The translations under genes were made by a program, and so were the position numbers. Source: Malacoraja senta (taxonomy: Eukaryota). Taken from it: DNA of 64,000 nt. The notes under the pieces are model-generated. The model was given only the letters and a program-made list of their open reading frames with translations. It made no database searches and was not told where the DNA came from. Shown here piece after piece: positions 25,264 to 38,644 of the stretch. Positions within the stretch are counted from its first letter, which is position 1; every line of letters starts with the position of its first letter. Location: assembly GCA_038087875.1 (NCBI GenBank), contig CM075999.1:4280001-4344000 (forward strand), read 5' to 3'.

Positions 25264-26507
25264 TGTGTGTGTGTGTCTGTGTGTATGTCTGTGTGTGTGT
25301 CTATGTGTCTGTGTGTGTCTATGTGTCTGTGTGTGTCTGCGTGTGCCTGTCTGCGTCTGTGTGTCTGTGTGCATGTCTGTGTGTGTATGTGTGTGTCTGT
25401 GTGTGTCTGTCTGCGTCTGTGCGTGTCTGTGTGTATGTGTCTGTGTGTATGTGTCTGTGTGTCTGCGTGTATGTGTCTGTGTGTCTGTGTGTATGTCTGT
25501 GTGTGTCTGCGTGTCTGTGTGTGTCTGTGTGTGTCTGTGTGTATGTCTGTCTGCGTCTGTGTGTATGTCTGTGTGTGTCTATGTGTATCTGTGTGTGTGT
25601 CTGTGTGTGTCTATGTGTCTGTGTGTGTCTGCGGGTATCTGTCTGCGTCTGTGTGTCTGTGTGTATGTCTGTGCGTGTCTGTCTGCGTCTGTGTGTGTCT
25701 GCTGTCTGTGTGAGTCTGTGCGTGTCTGTGTGTGTCTGTGTGTATGTCTGTCTGCGTCTGTGTGTATGTCTGTGTGTGTCTATGTGTATCTGTGTGTGTG
25801 TCTGTGTGTGTCTATGTGTCTGTGTGTGTCTGCGTATCTGTCTGTGTCTGTGTGTCTGTGCGTGTCTGTCTGCGTCTGTGTGTGTCTGCGTGTCTGTGTG
25901 TGTCTGTGTGTATGTGTCTGTGTGTATGTGTCTGTCTGCGTCTGTGTGTCTGTGTGTGTCTGTGTGTATGTGTCTGTGTGTGTCTGCATGTGTCTGTGTG
26001 TCTGTGTGTATATCTGCGTCTGTGTGTCTGTGTGTGTCTGTCTGCGTCTGTGTGTGTCTGTGTGTCTGTGTGTGTCTGTCTGCGTCTGTGTGTGTCTGTC
26101 TGTATGTGTGTGTATGTCTGTGTGTGTGTCTGTGTGTGTCTATGTGTCTGTGTATGTCTGTGTGTGCCTATGTGTGTCTGTCTGCGTCTGTGTGTATGTC
26201 TGTGTGTGTCTGTGTGTGTCTGTCTGCGTCTGTGTGTCTGTGTGTATGTCTGTGTGTCTGTGCGTGTCTGCGTGTATGTCTGTGTGTGTCCATGTGTCTC
26301 TGTCTGCGTCTGTGTGTGTGTGAGTGTGTGTGTGTCTCTGCGTGTCTGTCTGTGTGTGTGTGTGTGTGTGTGCGTGTGTGTGAGTGTGTGTGTGCGTGTT
26401 TGTGTGTGTGTGTGTGAGTGTGTGTGTGTGCGTGTGTCTGTGTGTGTGTAAGTGTGTGTGTGAGTGTGTCTCTGTGTGTCTGTGCGTGTCTGTCTGTGTG
26501 TGTGTGT

Positions 26508-26538
<31 letters not shown>

Positions 26539-26708
26539 AGTGTGTGTGTTTGTGTGTGTCTCTGTGCGTGTCTGTCTGTCTGTGTGTGTGTGAGTGTGTG
26601 TGTGTGTGTTTGTCTGTCTGTGTGTGTGTGTGAGTGTGTGTGTGTGTCTCTGTGTGTCTGTGCGTGTCTGTCTGTGTGTGTGAGTGTGTTTGTCTGTGTG
26701 TGTGTGTC

Positions 26709-26739
<31 letters not shown>

Positions 26740-27148
26740 CTGTGCGTGTGTGTGTGTCTGTGCGCGTGTGTGTGTGTGCGTGTGTGTGTGTGAGTGTGTG
26801 TGTGTCTGTGCGTGTGTGTGTGTGTGTGTGTGCGTGTGTGTGTGTGAGTGTGTGTGTCTGTCTGTGTGTGTGTGTGTGAGTGTCTGTCTGTCTGTCTGTG
26901 TGTGTGTGTGTGTGTCTGTGCGTGTCTGTCTGTGTGTGTGTGAGTGTCTGTCTGTCTGTCTGTCTGTCTGTGTGTGTGTGTCTGTGCGTGTCTGTCTGTG
27001 TGTGTGAGTGTGTGTGAGTGTGTCTGTCTGTCTTTGTGTGTGTGTGTGTGTGTGTGTCTGTGCGTGTGTGTGTGTTAGTGTGTGTGTGTGTGTTTGTGTG
27101 TGTGATTCTGTCTGTCTGTGTGTGTGTGTGTGTCTGTGCGTGTGTGTG

Positions 27149-27180
<32 letters not shown>

Positions 27181-27188
27181 ATTCTGTC

Positions 27189-27234
<46 letters not shown>

Positions 27235-27364
27235 TGTGCGTGTGTGTGTGTCTGTGCGTGTGTGTGTGTTAGTGTGTGTGTGTGATTCTGTCTGTCTGTG
27301 TGTGTGTGTGTGTGTGTGTGTCTGTGCGTGTGTGTGTGTGTGTGTTAGTGTGTGTGTGTGATTC

Positions 27365-27397
<33 letters not shown>

Positions 27398-27440
27398 CTG
27401 TGCGTGTGTGTGTGTGTGTTAGTGTGTGTGTGTGTGATTC

Positions 27441-27529
<89 letters not shown>

Positions 27530-27536
27530 GTGTGTG

Positions 27537-27570
<34 letters not shown>

Positions 27571-27578
27571 ATTCTGTC

Positions 27579-27635
<57 letters not shown>

Positions 27636-27683
27636 CTGTGCATGTGTGTGTGTGTGTGTTAGTGTGTGTGTGTGTGTGTGTTA

Positions 27684-27714
<31 letters not shown>

Positions 27715-27722
27715 ATTCTGTC

Positions 27723-27776
<54 letters not shown>

Positions 27777-27785
27777 TCTGTGTGT
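25264..27785. repeat. 2.5-kb compound (TG)n/(TGTC)n microsatellite
   Basis: Direct reading. It generates the spurious poly-CV and poly-TH ORFs. Confidence 0.98.
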
Positions 27786-28184
27786 CGTAGGGAGGGATCA
27801 TGGTGACATTTTTTATTTAAATACAAAATAACTGTAGGCTACACGTCCTAATATAAGAGGGGAGGGGAGGGGTGCGGTAGGTTGGGGTGGGGGTACGGAG
27901 GGGAAGGAGAAGGGAGGGGAGGGGAGGCTAAGGGAGGGGAGAAGAGGGGAGGGGTAGGGAGGGTAAGGGAGGGGAGGTAAAGCATTCCTTGCAAATCGGC
28001 CTCTAAATAAAAGTGGAAGCAGGCTCGGAGGGCCGGAGGATGCGAGCAGGACAGAGCGATACGGTAACGATGGCTCCGCCTGGACTGATTCTTCCAGCCC
28101 TGGCGTCCGTCCCAGTCTCTGCAACCGCCGCCTGTTTGCCCGGCACTGGTCAGGTGCACTGTCCATCCGCCCGCGCTAGTCATG

Positions 28185-28475
28185 GGTCAGGGGTTAGGGG
28201 GTGGTGTTGGTCAAGGGGTCAGGGGGGCCCAGCGCTCGTCAGGGGTCAGGTCCATAGCATGGTCAAAGGGTCAGGGGTCAGGTCCACTGTCTATCAACCC
28301 GTGCTGGTCAAGGGGTCAGGTCCATAGCGCTGGTCAAGGGGTCAGGGGTCAGGTCCATAGCGCCGGTCAAGGGGTCAGGGATCAGGTCCATAGCACTGGT
28401 CAAGGGTTTAGGGGTCAGGATCCCAGCGCTGGTCAAGGGTCAGGTCCATCGCATGGTCAAGGGGTCAGGGGTGTG
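28185..28475. repeat. ggtcaaggggtcagg tandem repeat (~30-35 bp units)
   Basis: Repeated ggtcaaggggtcaggggtcaggtccatagc. Confidence 0.8.
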
Positions 28476-28943
28476 GTCCACTCTACACCAGCCCACCGCC
28501 CGACCCCTCCCCTGAACCCTGGTGTTTCTGCCTGTTTTCTCAGACAGGCTGGGACTTGTCACCACATTGTCACCACATTTCTGTTTCGTGACTAAGCAGA
28601 GATTTCACCACCGACCACAATCTTACTCCAGTTTTAACACATTGTGATTAAAAACCTCGTCTGAATGAAAATCCTTCTTGATGCCTTGGTCCCTGAGAGA
28701 GCCACCATCTCCAGCCCATGTCTTTTCCTTCAGCGTGTTAGACAATAGACAATAGGTGCAGCAGTAGGCGTGTTAGACAATAGACAATAGGTGCAGGAGT
28801 AGGCCATTTGGCCCTTCGAGCCAGCACCGTGCACACTTCCCAAATCTATGCCCAGCGTTCCTGATCCCTCCAACCAATTTCCTGTCTGTTCCAGTCCCCC
28901 CCAACCCATGTGTGGTCAGGCACAAACCTGTTGAAGTCCTCTC

Positions 28944-29415
28944 ATAAGTTCATGTGATAGGAGAGGTATTAGGCCACTCGGCCCACCGTCTACCCCGCCA
29001 TTAGATCATGGCTACCTATCTCTCCCTCCTAACCCCATAATTCCTGACACCATATTAATCAAGAATCTATCTTTCTCTGCCTTAAAAATATCCATTGTCC
29101 TGGCCTCCACAGCCTTTTGTGGCAAAGAATTCCACAGATTCACCACCCTCTGACTAAAGAAATTCCTTCTCATTTCCTTCCTAAAGGAACATCTTTTAAT
29201 TCTGAGGCTGTGACCTCGGGTCATAGACTCTCCCACCAGTGGAAACATCCTCTCCACATCCACTCCATCCAAGCCTTTCACTATTCTGTAAGTTTCAATG
29301 AGGTCCCCCATCCTTTTAAACTCCAGCGAGTACAGGCCCAGTGCCGACAAACGCTCATCATATGTTAACCCACTCATTCCTGGGATCATTCTCGTAAACC
29401 TCCTCTGGACCCTCT
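28944..29415 (-). mobile_element. CR1 LINE 3' fragment
   Basis: IPGMSGLTYDERL..GLYSLEF..NFFSQRVVNLWNSLP. Confidence 0.88.
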
Positions 29416-30633
29416 CCTAGATGTCCCACCTTTCTGCTTTTTTTCCTCCTTACAGTCCATCTCTTTGGGTAGATCATAAACCTTTGGTCACCTCCCCAAT
29501 ATCTCTACGTTTGATTGGCCTGTGATTTTGCGGAGCCATACTCAAGGTCCACAATAAATACATTGCAGTTACGGACACGAGAGGCAACTAAACGTGACCG
29601 TCTGCCCACGACAGCTGGCTCTGCTGCTGACCACGTGCAAAACCCAACGAGTAAATCATCGGCCCATCGCACCCTCTAAAGCCTCCCTTCCTTTCTCCTC
29701 CGTGAAGAACCACCAGCTCTATAAACAACCTGCACGTCCCAACACCGGATGGCCAGCACCTACCGCTGAGTATCATCACTGGACCAACAGCAGCATAGGT
29801 GGATCAGAGCGCACACCCTCCCTAGTGTAGTAACTAATCAATGAACAAAGATCAGCAGCTAGTTGTGGTCATTACACCATGCTACAGAAGTAGGAGTGGA
29901 GACAAGATCAGGACTCACCTGCCACTCAGCATCACCTTGCAGGGACCCTCTCTCTCTAACGCGATTCCCATTGACCTTTGATCAGATAACCACTGACCCA
30001 TGAAGTACCTCTCGGGGGTTATGGGGAGAAGGCAGGAGAATGAGGTTAAAAGGGGAACATAGATCAGCCACCATTGAATGGTGGAGAAGACTTGTGGGCC
30101 GAATGGCCTAATTCTGCTGCTATCACTGAACGTATGAAGGAGATCACAACTGTGGTTTCAGATGAACTGCCCATGTGTGAACTCCCAGCTCCTGTGGACA
30201 TCTCACTCTGACCCTGGGGACAGACACCCCTCACCACTGTCCCAGATGGCTCGAGCCTGGGCCGTAGTGGTCTTGCAAACAAATACATTTGGAACACCTC
30301 TGAGAACCATGGGGGAAGCAGGTTTAATATTAAATTGGCACTTTCTCACCTGGCGGTGAGCTTGCATCAGCTTTGGGTGTGTCCAAACCTGTCGACATTT
30401 TGCAAAAACCCTATCAGGACCCTGTGCAAGAAATATCAGAACTGGCTAAAATCCAGCTGGAAAAGGATTCTGGGATATTTACTCCCAAAGCAGGGCTTGT
30501 CCAATTCCCAACTGGACCAACCCAAGGTGACACATCTACCAACATCCTGTTATGCAAAGACATCAGACTTTGAGGGCAAACTGCTGAAAGGCAGCAGCAG
30601 ATGCCATCTTCTCCACATCAACCTGGGTTTACA

Positions 30634-30843
30634 TGAGACACAGTGGCCTGGGTTTACAGGAGACACAGTGGCCTGGGCTTACAAGAGACACACAGTGGCC
30701 TGGGCTTACAAGAGACACAGTGGCCTGGGCTTACAAGAGACACAGTGGCCTGGGCTTACAGGAGACACAGTGGCCTGGGCTTACAGGAGACACAGGGGCC
30801 TGGACTTACAGGAGACACAGGGGCCTGGACTTACAGGAGACAC
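30634..30843. repeat. Minisatellite, about 8 x 25 bp
   Basis: Unit gagacacagtggcctgggcttacag. Confidence 0.9.
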
Positions 30844-31223
30844 ACTCAGACACCTCCTTCACTGAAAAGGATTTGTAAGTTGTGGTGAGTGGGGTCCTCA
30901 CTGGGAAAGTGTTTGCATTAGCTGAGGTTCAGAGCTAACTGGGCCCATCACAGGGGAACGTGGCAGAAGCGGGCACCAGCCTCAGGGACACGGATGTGGC
31001 CAGGACTCAAGGGCCTGAACTTAGGGCCGAGTTGGGAAGGCCAGGACTTTATTGCTTGGAGCATTAGGAGCCGAGGACTTACCCAGAGTAGAGGAATCAA
31101 GAACTAGAAGGCAGAGGTTTAGGTGTGAGAGCAAAGATTCAATATGAATCCGAGGGGCAACTTTTTCACACTGAGGTTGGTGGGTGTATGTAACGAGCTG
31201 CCAGAGGAGGTAGTTGAGACAGG

Positions 31224-31510
31224 TTTAGTTTAGTTTAGTTTAGAGATACAGCACAGAAGCAGGCCCTTTGGCCCACTGAGTCTGCACCGACCAGCGATCC
31301 CCACACATTAACACTATCCTACATTGGCGACAATTAACCAAATGTCTGTGGAATGTGGGAGGAAACCGGTTCTGCAGAAAACCCACGCAGGTCACGGGGA
31401 AAACGTACAAACTCCGTACAGACAGCACCCATAGTCAGGATCGAACCTGGGTCTCTGGCGCCAGAAGCGCTGTAAGGCAGCAACTCTACCGCTGCGCCAC
31501 CATGCCACCC
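31224..31510 (-). mobile_element. tRNA-derived V-SINE (HE1-like), nested in a CR1 fragment
   Basis: A box tggcgcagcgg, B box ggttcgatcc, V-domain-like ggtttcctcccaca, CR1-type tail gggccaaagggcctg..tctctaaactaaactaaa. CR1 sequence resumes on both sides. Confidence 0.85.
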
Positions 31511-32653
31511 ATACTATAACAACATTTGGATAGGTACATGGATAGGAAAGGTTCAGAGAGAAATGATTGGTCCAGGTGTCAGGGGTTGTGGGGAGAAGGC
31601 AGGAGAATGGGGTTGAGAGGGAAAGATAGATCAGCCATGATTGAATGGTGGAGTAGACTTGATGGGCCGAATGGCCTAATTCTTCTCCTATTACTTATGA
31701 ACTTATGAACATAAGAAGTGGATGGAAAGTGGGCAAATAGGATGGGCTTAGAGGGAGACCTTGGTGGGCATGGACATGTTGGGCCGAAGGGCCTGTTTCT
31801 ATGCAGCATGATTCCATGAGTCGGGACCACAATGGGGAGATATGGAAGGTGATTTCATGATCTGACAATCTCTGTAATGGTGTCGTGTGTAGCACTGGTT
31901 ACAGCAAATAATGTTAATAATAGAAAATAATGTTATGTCAGGGTCTGAGTTCCATGAGACATTCCACTCGTTATAATTCAGAAGTTTAGTAGCAAGTTAG
32001 TAAAGTAATTGGAGCTGGATTGAGTGACGCAGGAACCTGGATGCCATACGTCACATCTCCCTGCTGCTTGCTGCTAATGGGGAGAGTAAGGAGGTCACGA
32101 CCCTTCCCCCGGGTAGACTCACAGGACGGGGGTGACGGGTGGATGGGGGAGATCACAGGGCTACTTTGGGTGGGATCTCGCTCAGGAACCCTGACTGCGT
32201 TGGGCCTTGCATGTTGTTGGCTGACACTCTACCATCATGTACTCTGGAACAGAGGTGAGATGGAACGGGGCAGAAACGCTGCTCGTCACAGCCAGGATGA
32301 AGTCAATGTCACCTGAAGCAAGTGGCCATGATCCTGACATTGATATTTCCATGCAAGGCTGCAAATGATGCCAGCAAACAACTTGCACAGCAGGCTTGAA
32401 ATGTTATCTGTTCCATCACCTCAGGGTCAAACTCCCCGAGCTAACACACCACAGCACAGCACAGCTTAGCTCAGCTCAGCACAAATGTATGAATCACCAG
32501 AGCAGGAAGCGACAGGTTTATGTGCAACGTTAAAGAGTAACAGAGTAACATCGGCCTGCAACATGGAATGATGTCCAGGCCGACAGCGAAATCAATCATG
32601 GCCAGCTACTGGGGGAGGGTGGTGGGGAAGAGAACGGGAGGTGTTCAGCAGAA

Positions 32654-34093
32654 CAGACAGACACAGAGACACACAGACACAGAGACACGCAGACACAGAG
32701 ACACACAGACACAGACACAGAGACACAGACACGGAGACACAGAGACACACAGACACAGAGACACAGACACGGAGACACAGACACAGAGACACAAATACAC
32801 AGACACACAGACACAGAGACACACAGACACAGGCAGACACAGAGACACACAGACACAGAGACACACAGACACAGACACGGAGACACAGACACAGAGACAC
32901 AAACACACAGACACAGAGACAATGACAGACACAGAGACACACAGACACAGACACCGGGATCACAGAGACGCATAGACACTGACACACAGACACAGAGACA
33001 CAGACACGGAGACACACAGACACAGACCCACAGACAGAGACACAGACACAGAGACACTGACACACAGACAGAGACACACAGACACAGAGACAATGACAGA
33101 GACACAGACACAGAGACACTGACACACAGACACAGAGACACTGACACACAGACAGAGACACAGACACAGAGACACTGACACACAGACAGAGACACACAGA
33201 CACAGAGACAATGACAGAGACACAGAGACACTGACACACAGACAGAGACACACAGACACAGAGACACAGAGACAATGACAGAGACACAGAGACAATGATA
33301 CACAGACACAGACACAGAGACACTGACACAGAGGCGCAGACACAGAGACACAGACACACACAGACATAGACACAGAGACAGAGACACAGACACACAGACA
33401 CACAGACAGAGACACACAGACAGAGACACACAGACAGAGACACACAGACACAGAGACACACAGACACAGAGACACAGACACGGAGACACAGAGACACACA
33501 GACACAGAGACACACAGACACAGACATGTAGACACAGACACAGAGACACAAACACACAGACACAGAGAGAATGACAGACACAGAGACACACAGACACAGA
33601 CACCGGGATCACAGAGACGCATAGACACTGACACACAGACACAGAGACACGCAGACACAGAGACACACAGACACAGACACAGAGACACAGACACGGAGAC
33701 ACACAGACACAGACCCACAGACAGAGACACAGAGACACAGACACAGAGACACTGACACACAGACAGAGACACACAGACACAGAGACAATGACAGAGACAC
33801 AGAGACACAGACACAGAGACACTGACACACAGACAGAGGCACACAGACACAGAGACAATGACAGAGACACAGAGACAATGATACACAGACACAGACACAG
33901 AGACACTGACACAGAGGCGCAGACACAGAGACACAGACACACACAGACATAGACAAAGAGACAGAGATACAGACACACAGACAGAGACACACAGACAGAG
34001 ACACACAGACAGAGACACACAGACACAGAGACACAGACACAGAGACACAGACACACAGACAGAGACACACAGACAGAGACACACAGACACACA
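32654..34093. repeat. 1.4-kb compound (CA/GA) microsatellite (cagagacacagaca)
   Basis: Direct reading. Internal higher-order duplication (accgggatcacagagacgcatag at about 32953 and 33602). Confidence 0.97.
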
Positions 34094-34419
34094 GCGTTGC
34101 TCTGAATGGCTAGTGTCTGCTCAACACCTGTAGATCTGTGCCTGAACCTGATCAGTCTCTGTTTGTCCAGGACTCCCTTTTACCAAACACATCGCAGCAC
34201 AGGGTACATCCACTAACTGATTAAATTAAGCACAAGCGAACATCAACCGCCCAAAGACAAACCAATATTGTCCCTAGTTCCATGTTTCTTGAAATCTTGT
34301 CACAACAGTCACCACCAACGAGAGATGAGAATGACACGTCTAGCCGGCTTCACTCTGTATGGGTTCACATAATGTCGAGAATTACAGTCTGGAACGTCAC
34401 ACAGCGATCTATATTGGGC

Positions 34420-34935
34420 AGCATTCTTGTTCCCCATTATTGGAATGATGTGGTAGCTTTGGAGAGCGTGCAGAAGAGGTTTACCAGAATAAACCCTGTT
34501 ATGGGAGGTATTAGGTATTAGGGGTGGTTGGACAAACTTGGATTGGAGCGTCAGAGACTGAGGGGAGAGCTGATACAAGTTTATAAAATGATGAGAGGCA
34601 TAAATAGGGCAGACAGTCAGAACCATTTTCCCAGGGGAGAAATGTCAAAGACCAGAGAGCAGAGCTATAAGATGAGAAAGGCAATGTTTAAAGGAGATGT
34701 GTAGGGGCAAGTGTTTTACACAGAGGGTGGTGGGTGCCTGGAACATGCTGCCGGGGGTGGTGGTGGAGGCAGATACGATAGTGGTGTTTAAGAGGCTTTT
34801 AGATAGGCTCATGGATATGCAGGGAATGGATCACGTGCAGGCAGAGGAGATTAGTTTACCTTGGGATCATGAACGGCATGGACATTGCGGGCTGAAGGGC
34901 CTGTTACTATGCTGTACTGGGCTGTGTTCCATGTT
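34420..34935 (+). mobile_element. CR1 LINE 3' fragment
   Basis: ALESVQKRFTR and FTQRVVGAWNMLP motifs plus CR1 tail. Confidence 0.8.
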
Positions 34936-35219
34936 TTAAATATATATTGAAATAAGAAGAGTTCCCAATTGTAGGTGTAAGTGCGAGAGAGAAAGTTCTC
35001 CACATCTCTGGCTGCAGAGATGGGTCTCACGTAACAACATTGACAGGACACTAACATTGTCCTCTGGACACAGATAAAAAACATGAAAACACATTACAGA
35101 CAATTCAGAGGAATTCAGAAGGATCTTTAACCTGAAACATGAACTCTGTTTCTCATTCCAATGATCTTGCTGATGTGCTGAGTAGTTAAAGAGTTTTCTG
35201 TCATTCTGTCCTTTCATTC

Positions 35220-35441
35220 GTGCCAATCTCCAACACCGGTGACCCGCGAGGATGCATCCTCAGCACCTTGCTACCGGTGCCAATCTCCAACACCGGTGAC
35301 CAGCGAGGATGCATCCTCAGCACCTTGCTACCGGTGCCAATCTCCAACACCGGTGACCCGCGAGGATACATCCTCAGCACCTTGCTACCGGTGCCAATCT
35401 CCAACACCGGTGACCCGCGAGGATGCATCCTCGGCACCTTG
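35220..35441 (+). repeat. About 4 x 57-bp tandem array derived from a LINE RT motif
   Basis: Unit encodes VPISNTGDPRGCILSTLLP, similar to LNTGAPQGCVLSPQL of the Rex element at about 42770. Confidence 0.85.
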
Positions 35442-36227
35442 CCGTACATTTGTGGCCAGATTCTGCTCTCACTTCATTTACAAGTTTGCAGCTCTGTTGG
35501 GTTCAGGTTGTGCTTCGAGGACTGGCCAATACACTGGATGAATCATCTCACAGGGGAGAGTGCGGGCAGGATGTCTCCACGGTCTGAAGTGTACAAGACC
35601 AGGGTTCACCATCTCAACACACCAGGTCAACCACTCACTTACACAGGAGGAATACATTGCATCACCCAAAGTAGTCGCCACAGTAACAGAACGTTGCCCA
35701 GACGGGCAAGACATCACACACAAGTGTGGTATTGACCAAGCCCAGTCTCATCACTGCCAGGGTTACAGGGACACGGCTCACGTACAGAATAAACACAAAC
35801 GTTACTCTCATCAGGGGCCGGTCTCTTTCACCTACAGCGGGTTCACGTTCTAGGAGCAGAATTAGACCATTCGTCCCATCGAGCCTACTCCTCCATTCAA
35901 TCATGGCTGATCTACCTCTCTCACTCAACCCCATTCTCCAACCACATGAGATGGGCTGGCTGCACCTAATGACCCATCAAACAACAGCTATCACCTGGAA
36001 CAGGTAAAGACAACAACAGGTTTCTCACGGTACCTGGAGCCACACTTAATCCTCAACCAATTATCCCTCCATACCGGCTTATCCTGAGTCAGAGCAGCTT
36101 TGGATCAGGAAATGTGTGTCGGCACCATGAGTGAGTTACTGTGGGAAAGTCCAGGCTACTGACATCAAATGGCAGAAACTGAGAATTAAAATGCAGCCTC
36201 GAGTCTTGGATTCAGTAACCCGGAAAC

Positions 36228-36827
36228 CCGTGTATCAGTCACCCGTGTATCAGTCACGTGTGTATCTGTAACATGTGTATCGGTCATTCGTGTATCAGTC
36301 ACGCATGTATCAGTCACATGTGTATCAGTCACACATGTATCAGTCACGTGTGTATCTGTAACATGTGTATCGGTCATTCGTGTATCAGTCACGCATGTAT
36401 CAGTCACATGTGTATCAGTCACACATGTATCAGTCATGTGTGTATCTGTAACGTGTGTATCTTCACATTGTGTTTCTGAATTTTGTTGTTGGTTTTTTTG
36501 GATCGAATTTCTATCTTTAATTTGTGTATTGGTGATGTCTTTATAACTTATTTTACTCTGATTATATGTTTGTTAAATTTTGTAAGGTGTCCTTGAGACT
36601 TTTGTATAGGCGCCCATAAATAAAATCTATTATTATTATTATTATTATCAGTAATGTGTGTATCGGTCACACGTGTATCAGTCACGTGTGTATCTGTAAC
36701 GTGTGTATCTGTAACGCATGTGTCTGTAACGCGTGTATCAGTAACCCGTGTATCAGTCCCGCGTGTATCTGTAACGCGTGTATCAGTCACGCGTGTATCA
36801 GTCACGCGTGTATCAGTAACCCGTGTA
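36228..36827. repeat. 15-bp minisatellite (gtgtatcagtcacgc) interrupted by an L2-like LINE tail (about 36462-36648)
   Basis: Insert ends gtaaggtgtccttgagac..aggcgcccataaataaaatctattattattatt. Confidence 0.8.
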
Positions 36828-37755
36828 CCTGGAGTGTAACCCCCTCAATAACGTTCTCAGCCACCGTGTGGAAGCTGTCCTCTGGGACATAGGGTCCAAC
36901 GGTGAAGAACCCCAACTCTGATACTGCCCCCCCCCCTTGCCACCCCACCCACTCCCTCCCCGCACTGTTTCCACCCCCCCCCCACCCCGCCACTCCGTCC
37001 CCGCACTGCCCCCTGGCACCGGGCAGCATTGACTCACGGCAGCGTCTGGAAGTGGAAGTGGGACCCTGTGCTGAGGAGGGGCCATACTCACAGCTCTGTA
37101 GGATCGGGTACAAACACAATGACAATGTAATAAACTCACTGAGCTCAGAGAGTGGGAGAAGTCACCCATAAATCAGTATTTATGGTTTACAAATCTACTA
37201 GTCTTCACTCCAACAGCTTGGTTTGTGAAGACCTCCTAAATCAATCCTTGCTCCAGGCAACCAAACATCACACATCTTAAAAACAACAACACTGATCCCC
37301 CCTCCAGCCCAGCTCTTCAAACAGAATTCCATGCTCAGTGTTATAGTTACAATGCCAAAACACACAAGACAACGAAACCTAAACCTGGATATACAGGGTC
37401 CTGACCCGATACATTGTCTATCCATTCTCTCCACAGATGCTGCCTGACGCACTGAGTCTGTCCATTCTCTCCACAGATGCTGAGTTCCTACAGCACTTTG
37501 TTTGTTGAATCCAAACACTGAACCAGCTTCAGAAACCCAGCATGGCAATGCCACACAACACTGGTGGATACTGTACAACATGGGGAATGACACAGGTTCC
37601 AGGGGTGAATGGGGGGGATCTGAACACGCAGATTAAATGGATGAGGCTTGGGGAATTTTGGAGGGATATGGGCCAAACGCGGGCAGGTGGGACTAGTGCA
37701 GCTGGCACATGTTGGCCGGTGTGGGCAAATTGGGCCACTGTATCACTCTACCATC

Positions 37756-38340
37756 GACTCCACAGTCAAAAAGACACAACAGAGGATGTACTTCCTGCGG
37801 CAGCTGAGGAAACACAATCTGCCGCAGGCAATGATGGTCCAATTCTACACGGCCATTGTAGAGTCTGTTCTCACCTTCTCCATCGTGGTCTGGTTTGGCT
37901 CAGCCACGAATCGTCCGATCAGCAGAGAAGGTTATTGGCTGCAACCTTCCCTCCATTTATGAACTGTACACTGCAAGGGCCAGGAAGCGAACGGGCAAGA
38001 TCATCTCTGACCCCTCTCACCCTGGCCACAAACTCTTTGAATCACTTCCCTCTGAAAGGCGACTGTCAAAGCTGCCACAGCCAGACATAAAAACAGTTTT
38101 TATCCACGAGTAGTTGCTCTACTCAACAGCCAAAAATCTGTAGCCTCCCTTTGATCTGGTATTTTGTTGGTTCACCTGCTTGATCAATGGTGTTTTATCA
38201 TTAATGTTTTATTATTATTAATGTTTAGTGTTTTCTGAGTCATTCGTAGCTGTCACTGTATGTCATGTTGTTACTTGTGGGCGGAGCACCAAGGCAAATT
38301 CCTTGTATGTGAATACTTGGTCAATAAACTTACTTACTTA
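37756..38340 (+). mobile_element. Rex/Babar-type LINE 3' portion
   Basis: KKTQQRMYFLRQLRK..FYTAIVESVLT..IISDPSHPGHKLF, tail aataaacttacttactta. Confidence 0.82.
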
Positions 38341-38644
38341 TGACTCTATGAGGGGCGGGGAGAGATACTGAACACCTTGGTGACTGAGGCTTGGAGAAGG
38401 GGGAGGGGGAGGAGGGGGGGAGGGGAGAGGAAGTGTGGAAGGGGGGAATTAGGGGAAAGGGGTAGGAGGGGGGATACTGTTGCTGTTTAAAAATAATAGG
38501 CAATCCTTGCAAGGGCCAAGTCTCAGAGCAAAGGGCTGCTGAATAGAGAAGGGAAAGGAGGTGTTTTCAGGGCCGGAGTTGCGAGAAACAGGAACACCAC
38601 CGCCCCTGACCATCATCAACAAGTACAATTCATCTTTTATTCTG

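Noticed and set aside
25162..27801. Long Cys/Val- and Thr/His-rich ORFs (up to 553 aa)
   Set aside because: Translations of the dinucleotide microsatellite. The same applies to 32568-34092 and 58052-58514.
29919..30001. ATG-initiated segment ending at a strong donor CAG|gtgagt
   Set aside because: Phase 2, incompatible with exon 2. Candidates near 47810 (phase 2), 48812 and 41218 (phase 0) fail likewise.
31430..31510. tRNA gene
   Set aside because: The A/B boxes belong to the V-SINE head, which continues into a LINE-type tail.
37230..37332. MEFCLKS.. resembling the NHSL1 MFCLK first exon
   Set aside because: No GT donor follows the motif, so it is likely coincidence.
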